The translations under genes and the position numbers were made by a program. The notes beneath the pieces are model-generated. The model saw only the letters and a program-made list of their open reading frames with translations, was not told where the DNA came from and searched no databases. A DNA stretch of 64,000 nt from a virus: positions 32,001-96,000 of the IMG/VR virus record IMGVR_UViG_3300023176_005537; one strand, written 5' to 3'. This document shows positions 8,807-16,760 of this stretch, in pieces (position 1 is the stretch's first letter; the number at the start of each line of letters is the position of its first letter).

Positions 8807-9046
8807 ATGAGGAACGAGCTTTGGGAGCAGCACGAGGCTTTCCTGTTACGCAATGGGATCAAGAGCTTAGGAGACGAGGAGGCTTTCCAGTGGGCGCACA
8901 ACGATCTACAATGGGCGATCTCCGACCTTCGCGTCTATCTCCGCAAGAACCCCTGCGACCGTCTCGCGATTGTGATCGAGGAGCGCAAGGGAGACCTCGC
9001 GAGGCTCGAAGAGGTCTGGTTTCTCGCTTCTGGGAAGCACCTGTGA
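8807..9046 (+). CDS. hypothetical early protein
   Basis: ATG after AAGGAG of the cassette leader. Confidence 0.75.
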   Translation: MRNELWEQHEAFLLRNGIKSLGDEEAFQWAHNDLQWAISDLRVYLRKNPCDRLAIVIEERKGDLARLEEVWFLASGKHL

Positions 9047-9130
9047 CACGATCTGACACAGGTCGATCGTATAATGTAGCACGAGGGCAAGAAAGCCCCA
9101 CCAACCCAAAACGATCAAAGGAGATCGCTC
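9042..9130 (+). promoter_or_regulatory. class II promoter cassette leader
   Basis: TGTGACA CGATC TGACACA N9 TATAAT; same hairpin and RBS as 8718. Confidence 0.8.
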
Positions 9131-9403
9131 ATGAAAGTCTTCACCGTCTGGTTCGCTCAGTCCCCCGATCGCACCTTCCGCCTCTTCGATCGCTCCCCCG
9201 AAGGTGCGCCTCTCTGGTTCGTCACTCGCTCCCATGCCGTCGAATGGTGCAGGGACGAGATCTTCGGGGATCTCGATCGTCTTCCTGTCCCCTATTCCAT
9301 CGAGATCAGAGAGATCCACGTCGACGATCTGCCCCTTGAATCCCCGATCACATGGGACGTGGAAGCAGCCTGCGAAGGCTGGCACGAATCCAGTTGGGTC
9401 TGA
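9131..9403 (+). CDS. hypothetical early protein
   Basis: 90 aa, cassette RBS. Confidence 0.75.
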   Translation: MKVFTVWFAQSPDRTFRLFDRSPEGAPLWFVTRSHAVEWCRDEIFGDLDRLPVPYSIEIREIHVDDLPLESPITWDVEAACEGWHESSWV

Positions 9404-9519
9404 TTCCCCTTCAAAATCAACTGTTTACAAAATAGTTGAAAAAAATTGTCAGAAAGATCCACCCCGATCGTATAATAGGGGGCAAGGGCAATTCAGCCCC
9501 AGAAAATGGAGAACACGCC

Positions 9520-10023
9520 ATGAGAGTCACATTCCGCACCTACAACACCAACCTTGACGGCTTCGCAATCTCCCACTGGCTCGACGATTTGCACCAATCC
9601 GAGGCTTGCTACTGGAACATCCTTCCCCGCTGGTGCTGGGAAACCAGCACCTTCCACACCGCCACCAGCGGCTACACCTACCGCCTCATGTCCAAGCACG
9701 ACCACTGGCACATGTGGGTCTACGAAGGCGCAGACAAGGGCTTCATGGCTCAGGCGTTCCTCCCAGACTTCGGTGGCTGGGAGGTCGTAGAGGTCGAAGG
9801 CTCCTTCGGCCTGTTTGTCGGGTCTTCCGCTCTGCTTCATTACCGCGAGGTGAAGGAGGGCAGCGGCTTCTACGCAATCTCTCACACCCTCACAGACCCA
9901 GAGGCGTGGATCAAGCGCAACTGGGGGTGGATCAAGGGCGAACCTGTCCCTGTTCCCCTCCATGAGGCTCTCGCAGAGCCTGTCGTCCGTCAATGGGATC
10001 GTGACCTGTACGGGGCGCGCTGA
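9520..10023 (+). CDS. aromatic-rich hypothetical early protein
   Basis: GGAG RBS; preceded by GATCG-TATAAT (9471) and a GGGC-N6-GCCC hairpin. Confidence 0.75.
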   Translation: MRVTFRTYNTNLDGFAISHWLDDLHQSEACYWNILPRWCWETSTFHTATSGYTYRLMSKHDHWHMWVYEGADKGFMAQAFLPDFGGWEVVEVEGSFGLFVGSSALLHYREVKEGSGFYAISHTLTDPEAWIKRNWGWIKGEPVPVPLHEALAEPVVRQWDRDLYGAR

Positions 10024-10066
10024 GAAATCACCTGCACATGTGCGAAATCGCACAGGAAATCACATG

Positions 10067-10144
10067 TGTGACGCGATCTGTCACAGATCGATCGTATAAT
10101 AGAGGACACAGGGCAACAACGCCCACCAACTGAGGAGAGATCAC
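10067..10144 (+). promoter_or_regulatory. class II promoter cassette leader, preceded by GAAATCAC boxes
   Basis: TGTGACG CGATC TGTCACA N9 TATAAT; GGGCaacaacGCCC. Confidence 0.8.
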
Positions 10145-10435
10145 ATGCGAAAGATCACGCAAGAAGCCTTCACCGCTTGGAAGACCGGAAAATCATTCAA
10201 CAAATCCAACACCCGCGTCACCCCTGACGGATCGGTCTTCCTCCACGGAAACCAGATCGTCCGCGTCACCCCTGACGCCGTTCTTGTCTCTGACGGGGGT
10301 TTCGGCTGGTCGAAGACCACCAGAGAGCGTCTCAGCCCGTGGATCACGTTCTCCCAGAAAAACTGGGAGCCCCTGATGGATGGAAACCCTTACAAATCAG
10401 GTACTTGGGTGGCTCTCACCCGCAAGACTTGGTAG
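10145..10435 (+). CDS. hypothetical phage protein
   Basis: MRKIT...SNTRV...LHGNQI...WSKTTRERL, a pattern recurrent in small phage proteins. Confidence 0.8.
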   Translation: MRKITQEAFTAWKTGKSFNKSNTRVTPDGSVFLHGNQIVRVTPDAVLVSDGGFGWSKTTRERLSPWITFSQKNWEPLMDGNPYKSGTWVALTRKTW

Positions 10436-10491
10436 CCTCAGCCCCTAACCCTTTGATTTCCTTTCATTTTTTCCCTTCAGGAGAAAAACCT

Positions 10492-10695
10492 ATGCATTTT
10501 CAATACTTTGTCGCTGCTGTCTGCCAGACCCTCGAAAGCATGGATCACCCGATCGAGAAGCTTCTTTCCCGCAGGGAGGCGGAAATGCTCCTCTGCGATT
10601 GCTTCGAGGCTGGCTGGACACCAGACCAAACGATCGACAAGGTTCTCTCTGATGCCCGCGGGGACTGGCTTTTCAACGATTTCTGGAGGGATTGA
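10492..10695 (+). CDS. hypothetical protein
   Basis: ATG after a pyrimidine tract and CAGGAG. Confidence 0.65.
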   Translation: MHFQYFVAAVCQTLESMDHPIEKLLSRREAEMLLCDCFEAGWTPDQTIDKVLSDARGDWLFNDFWRD

Positions 10696-10702
10696 TCCAA
10701 CG

Positions 10703-10787
10703 TGTGTCACGATCTGACACAGATCGATCGTATAATAGGGGACACAGGGGGCAACGAAGCCCCACACAACGATCCAAGGAGATCACT
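10703..10787 (+). promoter_or_regulatory. class II promoter cassette leader
   Basis: Core identical to 8718-8751. Confidence 0.8.
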
Positions 10788-11111
10788 ATGCAGTACCGCG
10801 AATGGCGAAAAAACAAAGCAAAATCAGACACTTCCTTCGTTTCGGCGTGGAGAGATTCCAGGGGTCTCCCGAAGCTCTCTGATGCCGAGAACAGCGAGCG
10901 TTTCGACAGCTACCTCTGGCTGATGCGCGAGCTAGACAAGATCGTGCTTCGCAAGATGCGCGCCGAAGAGCGCGAGGAGCGCGGGCTTTCCGGCTCCCTG
11001 TCCTTTGAGGCCGAGCGTCACGGGGAAAAGGTCGATTTCGACGACATCTCCCTCGACTATGCCGAAGAGGTCGACGTTGACGGCCTCACAGACGAAGACG
11101 TTGCTTTCTGA
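10788..11111 (+). CDS. hypothetical protein with acidic tail
   Basis: AAGGAG RBS in the cassette leader. Confidence 0.75.
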   Translation: MQYREWRKNKAKSDTSFVSAWRDSRGLPKLSDAENSERFDSYLWLMRELDKIVLRKMRAEEREERGLSGSLSFEAERHGEKVDFDDISLDYAEEVDVDGLTDEDVAF

Positions 11112-11120
11112 CCCTCACCA

Positions 11121-11140
11121 CCGCCCTTTTGGGCGGTTTC
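11121..11140 (+). terminator. GC hairpin, possible intrinsic terminator
   Basis: ccgccc tttt gggcgg tttc directly after the stop. Confidence 0.55.
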
Positions 11141-11189
11141 CCTTCTAACCCTTTGATTTTCTTTTCCTTTTCCTCCAAAGAGGTGCTAA

Positions 11190-11288
11190 ATGTCTGAAAC
11201 AATTAAGCTTTTCGCTGGTGTCCTGATTGCTTCCCTCTTCTACTTCGCCCCCGCCCTGATTTTCTTCTTTTTGCAGCTTCCCTCATGA
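11190..11288 (+). CDS. 32-aa single-TM peptide
   Basis: GAGGTG RBS; MSETIKLFAGVLIASLFYFAPALIFFFLQLPS*. Confidence 0.55.
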   Translation: MSETIKLFAGVLIASLFYFAPALIFFFLQLPS

Positions 11289-11290
11289 CC

Positions 11291-11375
11291 TGTGACACGA
11301 TCTGTCACACGTTGATCGTATAATAGAGGGCAAGGGGGCAACAACGCCCCACACAATGATCGAAGGAGATCAAGC
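11291..11375 (+). promoter_or_regulatory. class II promoter cassette leader
   Basis: TGTGACA CGATC TGTCACA N9 TATAAT; GGGGC..GCCCC; TGATC GAAGGA GATCA. Confidence 0.8.
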
Positions 11376-11807
11376 ATGAGAATCGACAGCTACGCAACCA
11401 AAGACCTTTTCCTCTTTGAAATCGCAGACATGGAGCGCAAGATCGACGCACACGTCGCAATGCGCGACCACGTCGACGCTTCCGGCAAACTCTCCGAGGA
11501 GATGGACGCTCTCTTCGCGTCCATCCTCACGCCCCTCCGCGAGGGGGTTGCAGCCCGCAAGGCTGCCATTGCTGCGCTCACAACGGCGGATCATCTCCGC
11601 CTAGCGGAGCAGGAAGAGGAGCGCATGCGCTTCGTGGAGACCTCCACAGAGGAGGAGGAGGCGATCAAAGCGGAGATCTCCTTCTACCGCTGCAAGCTCC
11701 TGCGTGAAGGGGGTTTTCGCATCCCTCTGGCCTCCAGCCCCGAAGCCGCGGGGGCTATGATGGAACGCATGGGCGAAGCGCACGACCTGCGACGTTTGCG
11801 CAATTAA
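11376..11807 (+). CDS. helical hypothetical protein
   Basis: 143 aa, cassette RBS. Confidence 0.75.
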   Translation: MRIDSYATKDLFLFEIADMERKIDAHVAMRDHVDASGKLSEEMDALFASILTPLREGVAARKAAIAALTTADHLRLAEQEEERMRFVETSTEEEEAIKAEISFYRCKLLREGGFRIPLASSPEAAGAMMERMGEAHDLRRLRN

Positions 11808-11815
11808 TGCGGACA

Positions 11816-11898
11816 TGTGTCACGATCTGACACTGTTGGATCGTATAATAGGGGAGAAGGGGCAACGAAGCCCCCAACACTGATCGAAGGAGATCAAA
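11816..11898 (+). promoter_or_regulatory. class II promoter cassette leader
   Basis: TGTGTCA CGATC TGACACT N9 TATAAT; hairpin; RBS. Confidence 0.8.
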
Positions 11899-12309
11899 AT
11901 GGCAAACGCTAACTACCTGAAATATACCGTGATTCCCGGTCTCGCTGAATCCCTTCGCGAAGCAGACGAGCTTCAGGGTATCCTCCGCACCTTCCCCGAC
12001 CTCAGCCCCCTCAACAAGGGGCTGATCGAGGGTCGTTTGATCACCGTCAACGAGGCGGTGGAAGACTACTCTGCCGAAATGCGCGCTGAATACGAGGTTT
12101 CGGAGCAGTTGAACGCTGTGCGCGAATACCGCGCCGGCTTCGGGTCTTACGTCCACCCCACTATCGAAAGGTTCGTGGAACAGGAGATCACAGCCCTTGA
12201 GGCTGCTCTAGCCCTCGAAGAGGCTCGTAGCGACGGGGAACGCCTCACCTTCGCAAGCTTCGAGGATTTCGAGGCTTTCGTCCGGTCTACCTTCAACGTG
12301 GTGGAATGA
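11899..12309 (+). CDS. helical hypothetical protein
   Basis: 136 aa, cassette RBS. Confidence 0.75.
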   Translation: MANANYLKYTVIPGLAESLREADELQGILRTFPDLSPLNKGLIEGRLITVNEAVEDYSAEMRAEYEVSEQLNAVREYRAGFGSYVHPTIERFVEQEITALEAALALEEARSDGERLTFASFEDFEAFVRSTFNVVE

Positions 12310-12326
12310 CCGCCAACCCCGGAGCA

Positions 12327-12349
12327 GCCGCCCTTCGGGGCGGTTGTTT
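12327..12349 (+). terminator. GC hairpin with TTCG loop, possible terminator
   Basis: gccgccc ttcg gggcggt tgttt. Confidence 0.55.
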
Positions 12350-12391
12350 CCCAACCCTTTGATTTTCTTCACCTTTTCAGGAGCAACAATC

Positions 12392-12637
12392 ATGGCTATC
12401 TCCCTGTCTTCATTGGCAAATCTCTTCTTCTTCGTTTCCCTCGCTGCCGTGGGCTTCTACGGCGTGATCATGTTCGTTCTGTGCGATCAATACGTCCGAG
12501 CGATCATGGGCTCCCCAGAAGTCGACGGCTACGAGGTGATCGAAGCCACCCCTTCGATCCTCCTCTTGTTCTCGGTGTCTCTGACCGGTTCGATCGTTTG
12601 GTTCGCTGTCGGCGGGTTTTGCCAGACCTTCGCCTGA
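12392..12637 (+). CDS. two-TM membrane protein
   Basis: CAGGAG RBS; two hydrophobic segments. Confidence 0.7.
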   Translation: MAISLSSLANLFFFVSLAAVGFYGVIMFVLCDQYVRAIMGSPEVDGYEVIEATPSILLLFSVSLTGSIVWFAVGGFCQTFA

Positions 12638-12688
12638 CCCCTAACCCTAACCCCTTCTTTTCTTTCACTTTTTTTCAGGAGTTTCAAA

Positions 12689-13036
12689 ATGAAAAAGGCT
12701 TTCACTGTAACTATCGAGAATGGCTCAAGAATTGGCAAGGCTGTCTTCGAGGCTGCGAGCTTCGCGGAGGTTCGCCGGCAGTTCGCCCTGATGCAGCGTA
12801 ACGACGCGAATCTGAAAGGGTTTTGCATCGTCAAAATACAGGAGAACGAAAAGCCCCAGCGGGTCGGGCGTTTCGAACGCCCCGTTCTCAAGAGCGCGAT
12901 GGGCAGGGCGCTTGACGCTGCCAGCAATTCTAAGTCCTTGGGATCAAAGCGAAATCCGTTTCGCGATCCCAAACAAGCCGCGAAGATTCGCCGCGAGCAA
13001 AACGCGATCTTGAAAAAGGAGAACAAAAACAAATAG
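12689..13036 (+). CDS. basic hypothetical protein
   Basis: CAGGAG RBS after a pyrimidine tract; K/R-rich C-terminus. Confidence 0.7.
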   Translation: MKKAFTVTIENGSRIGKAVFEAASFAEVRRQFALMQRNDANLKGFCIVKIQENEKPQRVGRFERPVLKSAMGRALDAASNSKSLGSKRNPFRDPKQAAKIRREQNAILKKENKNK

Positions 13037-13263
13037 TTAGAGGGGGGGCTCCCCCTCCCCCCCTATTCCTCGCCCTTCCGGAAAGTAAAATCCCCTGAGA
13101 GATCAGGGGGTTACAGGCGCGGCCTAGTCCCAACGACACACACAGAAAAATTCCACAAATTCGAACCCTTTCCAATGACTTCCCAAAAATCCAAAGCTTT
13201 CCAAAAGAAAGCCAAAGAGAAAAAATCCCCAAAAAAAAATTCCAAAATTTGAACCTTTTCAAC

Positions 13264-13271
13264 CTATTTAT
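13264..13271 (+). promoter_or_regulatory. putative late promoter motif CTATTTAW (first of several)
   Basis: Recurs 18-41 nt upstream of starts at 15260, 16716, 17560, 18806, 21334 and 30977-30984 (minus strand). Confidence 0.65.
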
Positions 13272-13293
13272 GATAAACAAAAAGGAAACCCCA

Positions 13294-15147
13294 ATGAAGA
13301 TCACCAAATCAGATCTAACCAAAATCATCAAAGAAGAGATCTTTGAACTTCTCCTAATGGAAGCAAAAGTTAAAGTTTCTTATGAAGATATAGAAAGTGT
13401 TAAAGCTTTGTACCCTAATGAACAAGATGAGAAGGCTCTTGAAGATCTGTGGAAGAAGTATGAAAAAGCAAAAGAAGACCAAAAAGCTAGAGCTAAAACA
13501 AAAGCTTTGATAGTTTGGCTTAAAACCAACTACATTTCCAAAAAAAGAACAGACCATCCGCCTCATGAGGCTCTTCCTGTGGTGGAAAGATTCATTGGAA
13601 AAATGAATAGTGTTAAACAAAAGTACAAAGACAATCCAGAATTCAAAGAAAAAGTTAACAAACTAACCAAAGGAAAACCACCTCAAATCAATCTTTTTTC
13701 TGCAATTAACATGGAAGGTCTTGAAGATGCCCTTGAGAAAAAAGTCGGGGATATCGAAGGAAACAAAGAGCTAGCTCAAGGTGACAAAATAGGTGAAACT
13801 CAAAACTGGGAAGTTTTCATGCCCACCAGAGTAGATTCCTCTTGTGAGCTTGGCAAAGGAACCACTTGGTGTACTGCTCGAACGAGAGGAGACAACCTTT
13901 TTTACAATTACATATCTCGATCTATTGTTTTGTTTTATGTGATCAAAAAAAATGCCGGCACTCCTCCGGACGAACATCCAAATGATTATCTAAGCTTGGG
14001 TTATAAAGAAGATGGCTCTAAGATAGAGGTATATTCTGATGGTCAAACCAACATCAACTCTGACAACAAAGGAATCGATCCAGAACAATTTGAAGCTATT
14101 GTGGGAGCGGAGGAAAGCAAAGAAGTTTATCAAATCATCGAAAAAATATTTCAAAACTTTGAAGAGCACCCAGCAAAAGAATTGCTCAGAAAAGCAGGTC
14201 AAGACTTGAATACTTTTCATTCCATGTTTACAAGAGGCCAAAGCTTTCAAGTTACCTTCGATATAATTGCAGAGATACGACGACTTGCAAAAAAAGAGAA
14301 AGGGTTGTCCACAGAAGTAGAAAAAGCTATAAATGATAAAATGATTAAAGTGATCAAAAAGGATAATTTGAAAGAAAAATTAAAGTGGACGTGGTTTCGT
14401 AATGTTGATTTTCGAGGGGTTGAACTTAAAGGTATAGATTTTAGCGGAAGAAAGCTTGATCATCCCAACTTTGAAGGGGTCAACCTAGAAGGGATTAATT
14501 TTTCTAGATCACAACTGTCATATGCTAATTTTAAAGGAGCTAAACTTCAAAAGGTTAAATTTAATTTTTGTTCTCTTCCGGATGCCGATTTTGAAGCGGC
14601 AGATCTTCGAGAGGTTGATTTTGAAGAAGCTGACCTTTCTATTGCTAAGTTTGTAAGGGCGAAGCTTCAAGGGGCGAAGCTTCAAGGGGCGAAGCTTTAC
14701 CGTTCAAATTTGAGCGAGGCTGATTTTAGCGGGGCTGATCTTGAAAGGGCATCTGCCCCCCTCGCCAACTTTGAAAAATGTAACCTTGAAAAATGCAACC
14801 TTCGAAAGGCCTTTCTTCTAGAAGCCAAGCTTAAAGGAGCTAACCTTAAAGGGGGCTACCTTGGCAGTGCCAACCTTGAAAAATGCAACCTTGAAAAATG
14901 CAACCTTGAAGGGGCCTATCTCAACAAGGCCAACCTTTGGCAGGCTGATCTTCGAGGGGCCAACCTTGAAGGGGCTAGCCTTAAAGGTGCCTATCTTGTA
15001 GGGGTCAACCTTGAAGGGGTTAACCTTAAAGGAGCCAAATACAACTCTGAAACAACATTTCCAGTAGGATTTGAAGAAAAGTTTACTAAATCAAAATTAT
15101 TTAAAATGATCAAAGAAGAGATTTTAAAAGAAATGAATGACTGGTGA
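13294..15147 (+). CDS. MKITK-tagged protein with PcfJ-like domain and pentapeptide repeats
   Basis: N-terminal MKITKSDLTKIIKEE; SCELGKGTTWCTA..NLFYNY; many A(N/D/K)LxG repeats; second tag copy at the C-terminus. Confidence 0.85.
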   Translation: MKITKSDLTKIIKEEIFELLLMEAKVKVSYEDIESVKALYPNEQDEKALEDLWKKYEKAKEDQKARAKTKALIVWLKTNYISKKRTDHPPHEALPVVERFIGKMNSVKQKYKDNPEFKEKVNKLTKGKPPQINLFSAINMEGLEDALEKKVGDIEGNKELAQGDKIGETQNWEVFMPTRVDSSCELGKGTTWCTARTRGDNLFYNYISRSIVLFYVIKKNAGTPPDEHPNDYLSLGYKEDGSKIEVYSDGQTNINSDNKGIDPEQFEAIVGAEESKEVYQIIEKIFQNFEEHPAKELLRKAGQDLNTFHSMFTRGQSFQVTFDIIAEIRRLAKKEKGLSTEVEKAINDKMIKVIKKDNLKEKLKWTWFRNVDFRGVELKGIDFSGRKLDHPNFEGVNLEGINFSRSQLSYANFKGAKLQKVKFNFCSLPDADFEAADLREVDFEEADLSIAKFVRAKLQGAKLQGAKLYRSNLSEADFSGADLERASAPLANFEKCNLEKCNLRKAFLLEAKLKGANLKGGYLGSANLEKCNLEKCNLEGAYLNKANLWQADLRGANLEGASLKGAYLVGVNLEGVNLKGAKYNSETTFPVGFEEKFTKSKLFKMIKEEILKEMNDW

Positions 15148-15289
15148 GTGATTGGAACAAATTGGACACCTACCTAACCCCTCATGGCATAAAAGCCTTG
15201 ACAACATCTTGAATCCAAAAAAAAATCCCAAAATTGAAAAAAATGTCCGATCCTTTGACCTATTTATAATAAACAAAAAGGTACCCCTA

Positions 15290-16066
15290 ATGAAAATCAG
15301 CAAATTAATCTTGAAAAGAATCATCAAAGAAGAAATCCTTCGAGAAGCATATGGTCGCGAAGAGTTGACCCAAATCAGACACTTAGCAAGCCCTCCGGGA
15401 AATAAAAGGCTTTCCAACGCCTTGAAAGCATACAGGCTAGTGGCCTCAATAGAAGATGCTAATATGAAAAGTCTGGCACAAGACTATTTCATGAAACACT
15501 TTGGAAAGGACGCTTTTGAAAAGGTAGAGCGCCTTATTAATCATAACCCCGAAAGTAAGGAAATACTTGACTTATCCGGGGTGGACCTTTCTGGGGGGGA
15601 ACTCTCAGGTGTAAACTTGAGCCGCGCAAACTTGAGCGGTGCAAACTTGAGCGGTGCAAACTTGAGCGGTGCATATCTGAGAAGTGCAACCTTGAACGGT
15701 GCAAACTTGAGCGGTGCTAGCCTTACCGGTGCAGACCTTATTAACTGTTTTTTGTTTGAAACTGATCTCACCGGTGCTGATTTGACAAACTCATTCATGA
15801 CAAATGTTAGATTAGATAAGACTAATTTTACAAATGCAAATCTAGCAAATGTTCGCTTGCTCCCATTTGCCTCTGGAGATCTCGCAGGAAGCATTTTTAA
15901 AGGGGCTAAATGGAATTCTAAAACCATGATTAACAATTTTTGGTTCGGCAGCACTTATGTCAGACCACAGGCTGCACGATTCAGGGACGAAAACGAGTTG
16001 GTTCAAACGGACGAAGTAGGTCCAATGGGCGCTCCTGACGATGCGGTTCTTTTGAGCGATCTTTAA
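15290..16066 (+). CDS. MKITK-tagged pentapeptide-repeat protein
   Basis: MKISKLILKRIIKEE; ANLSG repeats encoded by 15-bp tandem GCAAACTTGAGCGGT. Confidence 0.85.
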   Translation: MKISKLILKRIIKEEILREAYGREELTQIRHLASPPGNKRLSNALKAYRLVASIEDANMKSLAQDYFMKHFGKDAFEKVERLINHNPESKEILDLSGVDLSGGELSGVNLSRANLSGANLSGANLSGAYLRSATLNGANLSGASLTGADLINCFLFETDLTGADLTNSFMTNVRLDKTNFTNANLANVRLLPFASGDLAGSIFKGAKWNSKTMINNFWFGSTYVRPQAARFRDENELVQTDEVGPMGAPDDAVLLSDL

Positions 16067-16086
16067 AATAAAAGGAGAATATATAA

Positions 16087-16698
16087 ATGAAAATCACTAA
16101 ATCAATTTTAACCAAAATCATCAAAGAAGAAATCCTTCGAGAAAGTGGATACATGGAAAGAGAACCCCTCAGCCCACGAGGCTTTCACAACGTTGGGATT
16201 GATGATGATCGCCTTCAGCAAATTCGACTTTTTATGAGCGGAACAAAAATCCACCCCCTCAAAAATCTAACAGATATGGAAAAAGACTATATCCTGAATT
16301 TTCTTGGAGATACTCCGGGAATTCGAAAAAAACTTCAAGACGACAGAGACAAGTTCCCCTTGGGAACCGGTGACGCAATTATTGCAGCTTTTGAAGACTT
16401 TGTTGCAGAGAATGGCTTGAATGAAGACCCCCAGTTCAAAGATGGATTTGAGGACCACGATTATACCACTCATTATTTCGATGCCCATAATCAATTGGTT
16501 CTTGGCACGATCAGGCGCGCTGGTGGCGATTATCTTTATGAACACATTGAAAAGAGTGGTCTCTTGCCTGAATTGGAAGAAAAAATACGCGACTACGTTC
16601 AAAAGTATACCAACCCTAGGAAAAGACCAGCAAAAATTCAAGTCATTCCTTACACCAACTATCAGTGGAATGAAGATAGATACGGAGAAGAGCTTTGA
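16087..16698 (+). CDS. MKITK-tagged hypothetical protein
   Basis: MKITKSILTKIIKEE; AAGGAG RBS. Confidence 0.8.
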   Translation: MKITKSILTKIIKEEILRESGYMEREPLSPRGFHNVGIDDDRLQQIRLFMSGTKIHPLKNLTDMEKDYILNFLGDTPGIRKKLQDDRDKFPLGTGDAIIAAFEDFVAENGLNEDPQFKDGFEDHDYTTHYFDAHNQLVLGTIRRAGGDYLYEHIEKSGLLPELEEKIRDYVQKYTNPRKRPAKIQVIPYTNYQWNEDRYGEEL

Positions 16699-16760
16699 AG
16701 TTCACCAAATCATCACTATTTATAATAACGAAAGAATTTTCATAAAAGGAGAATATATAA

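Noticed and set aside
8718-11309. TGTGA...TCACA palindromes as CRP sites or integron attC sites
   Set aside because: The spacer is 9 bp, not the 6 bp of CRP sites; there are no RYYYAAC/GTTRRRY cores and no integrase in the window
8272-11898. Repeated 30-35-bp units as a CRISPR array
   Set aside because: The intervals are whole genes of 300-1000 bp, the repeats end in TATAAT, and there is no cas operon
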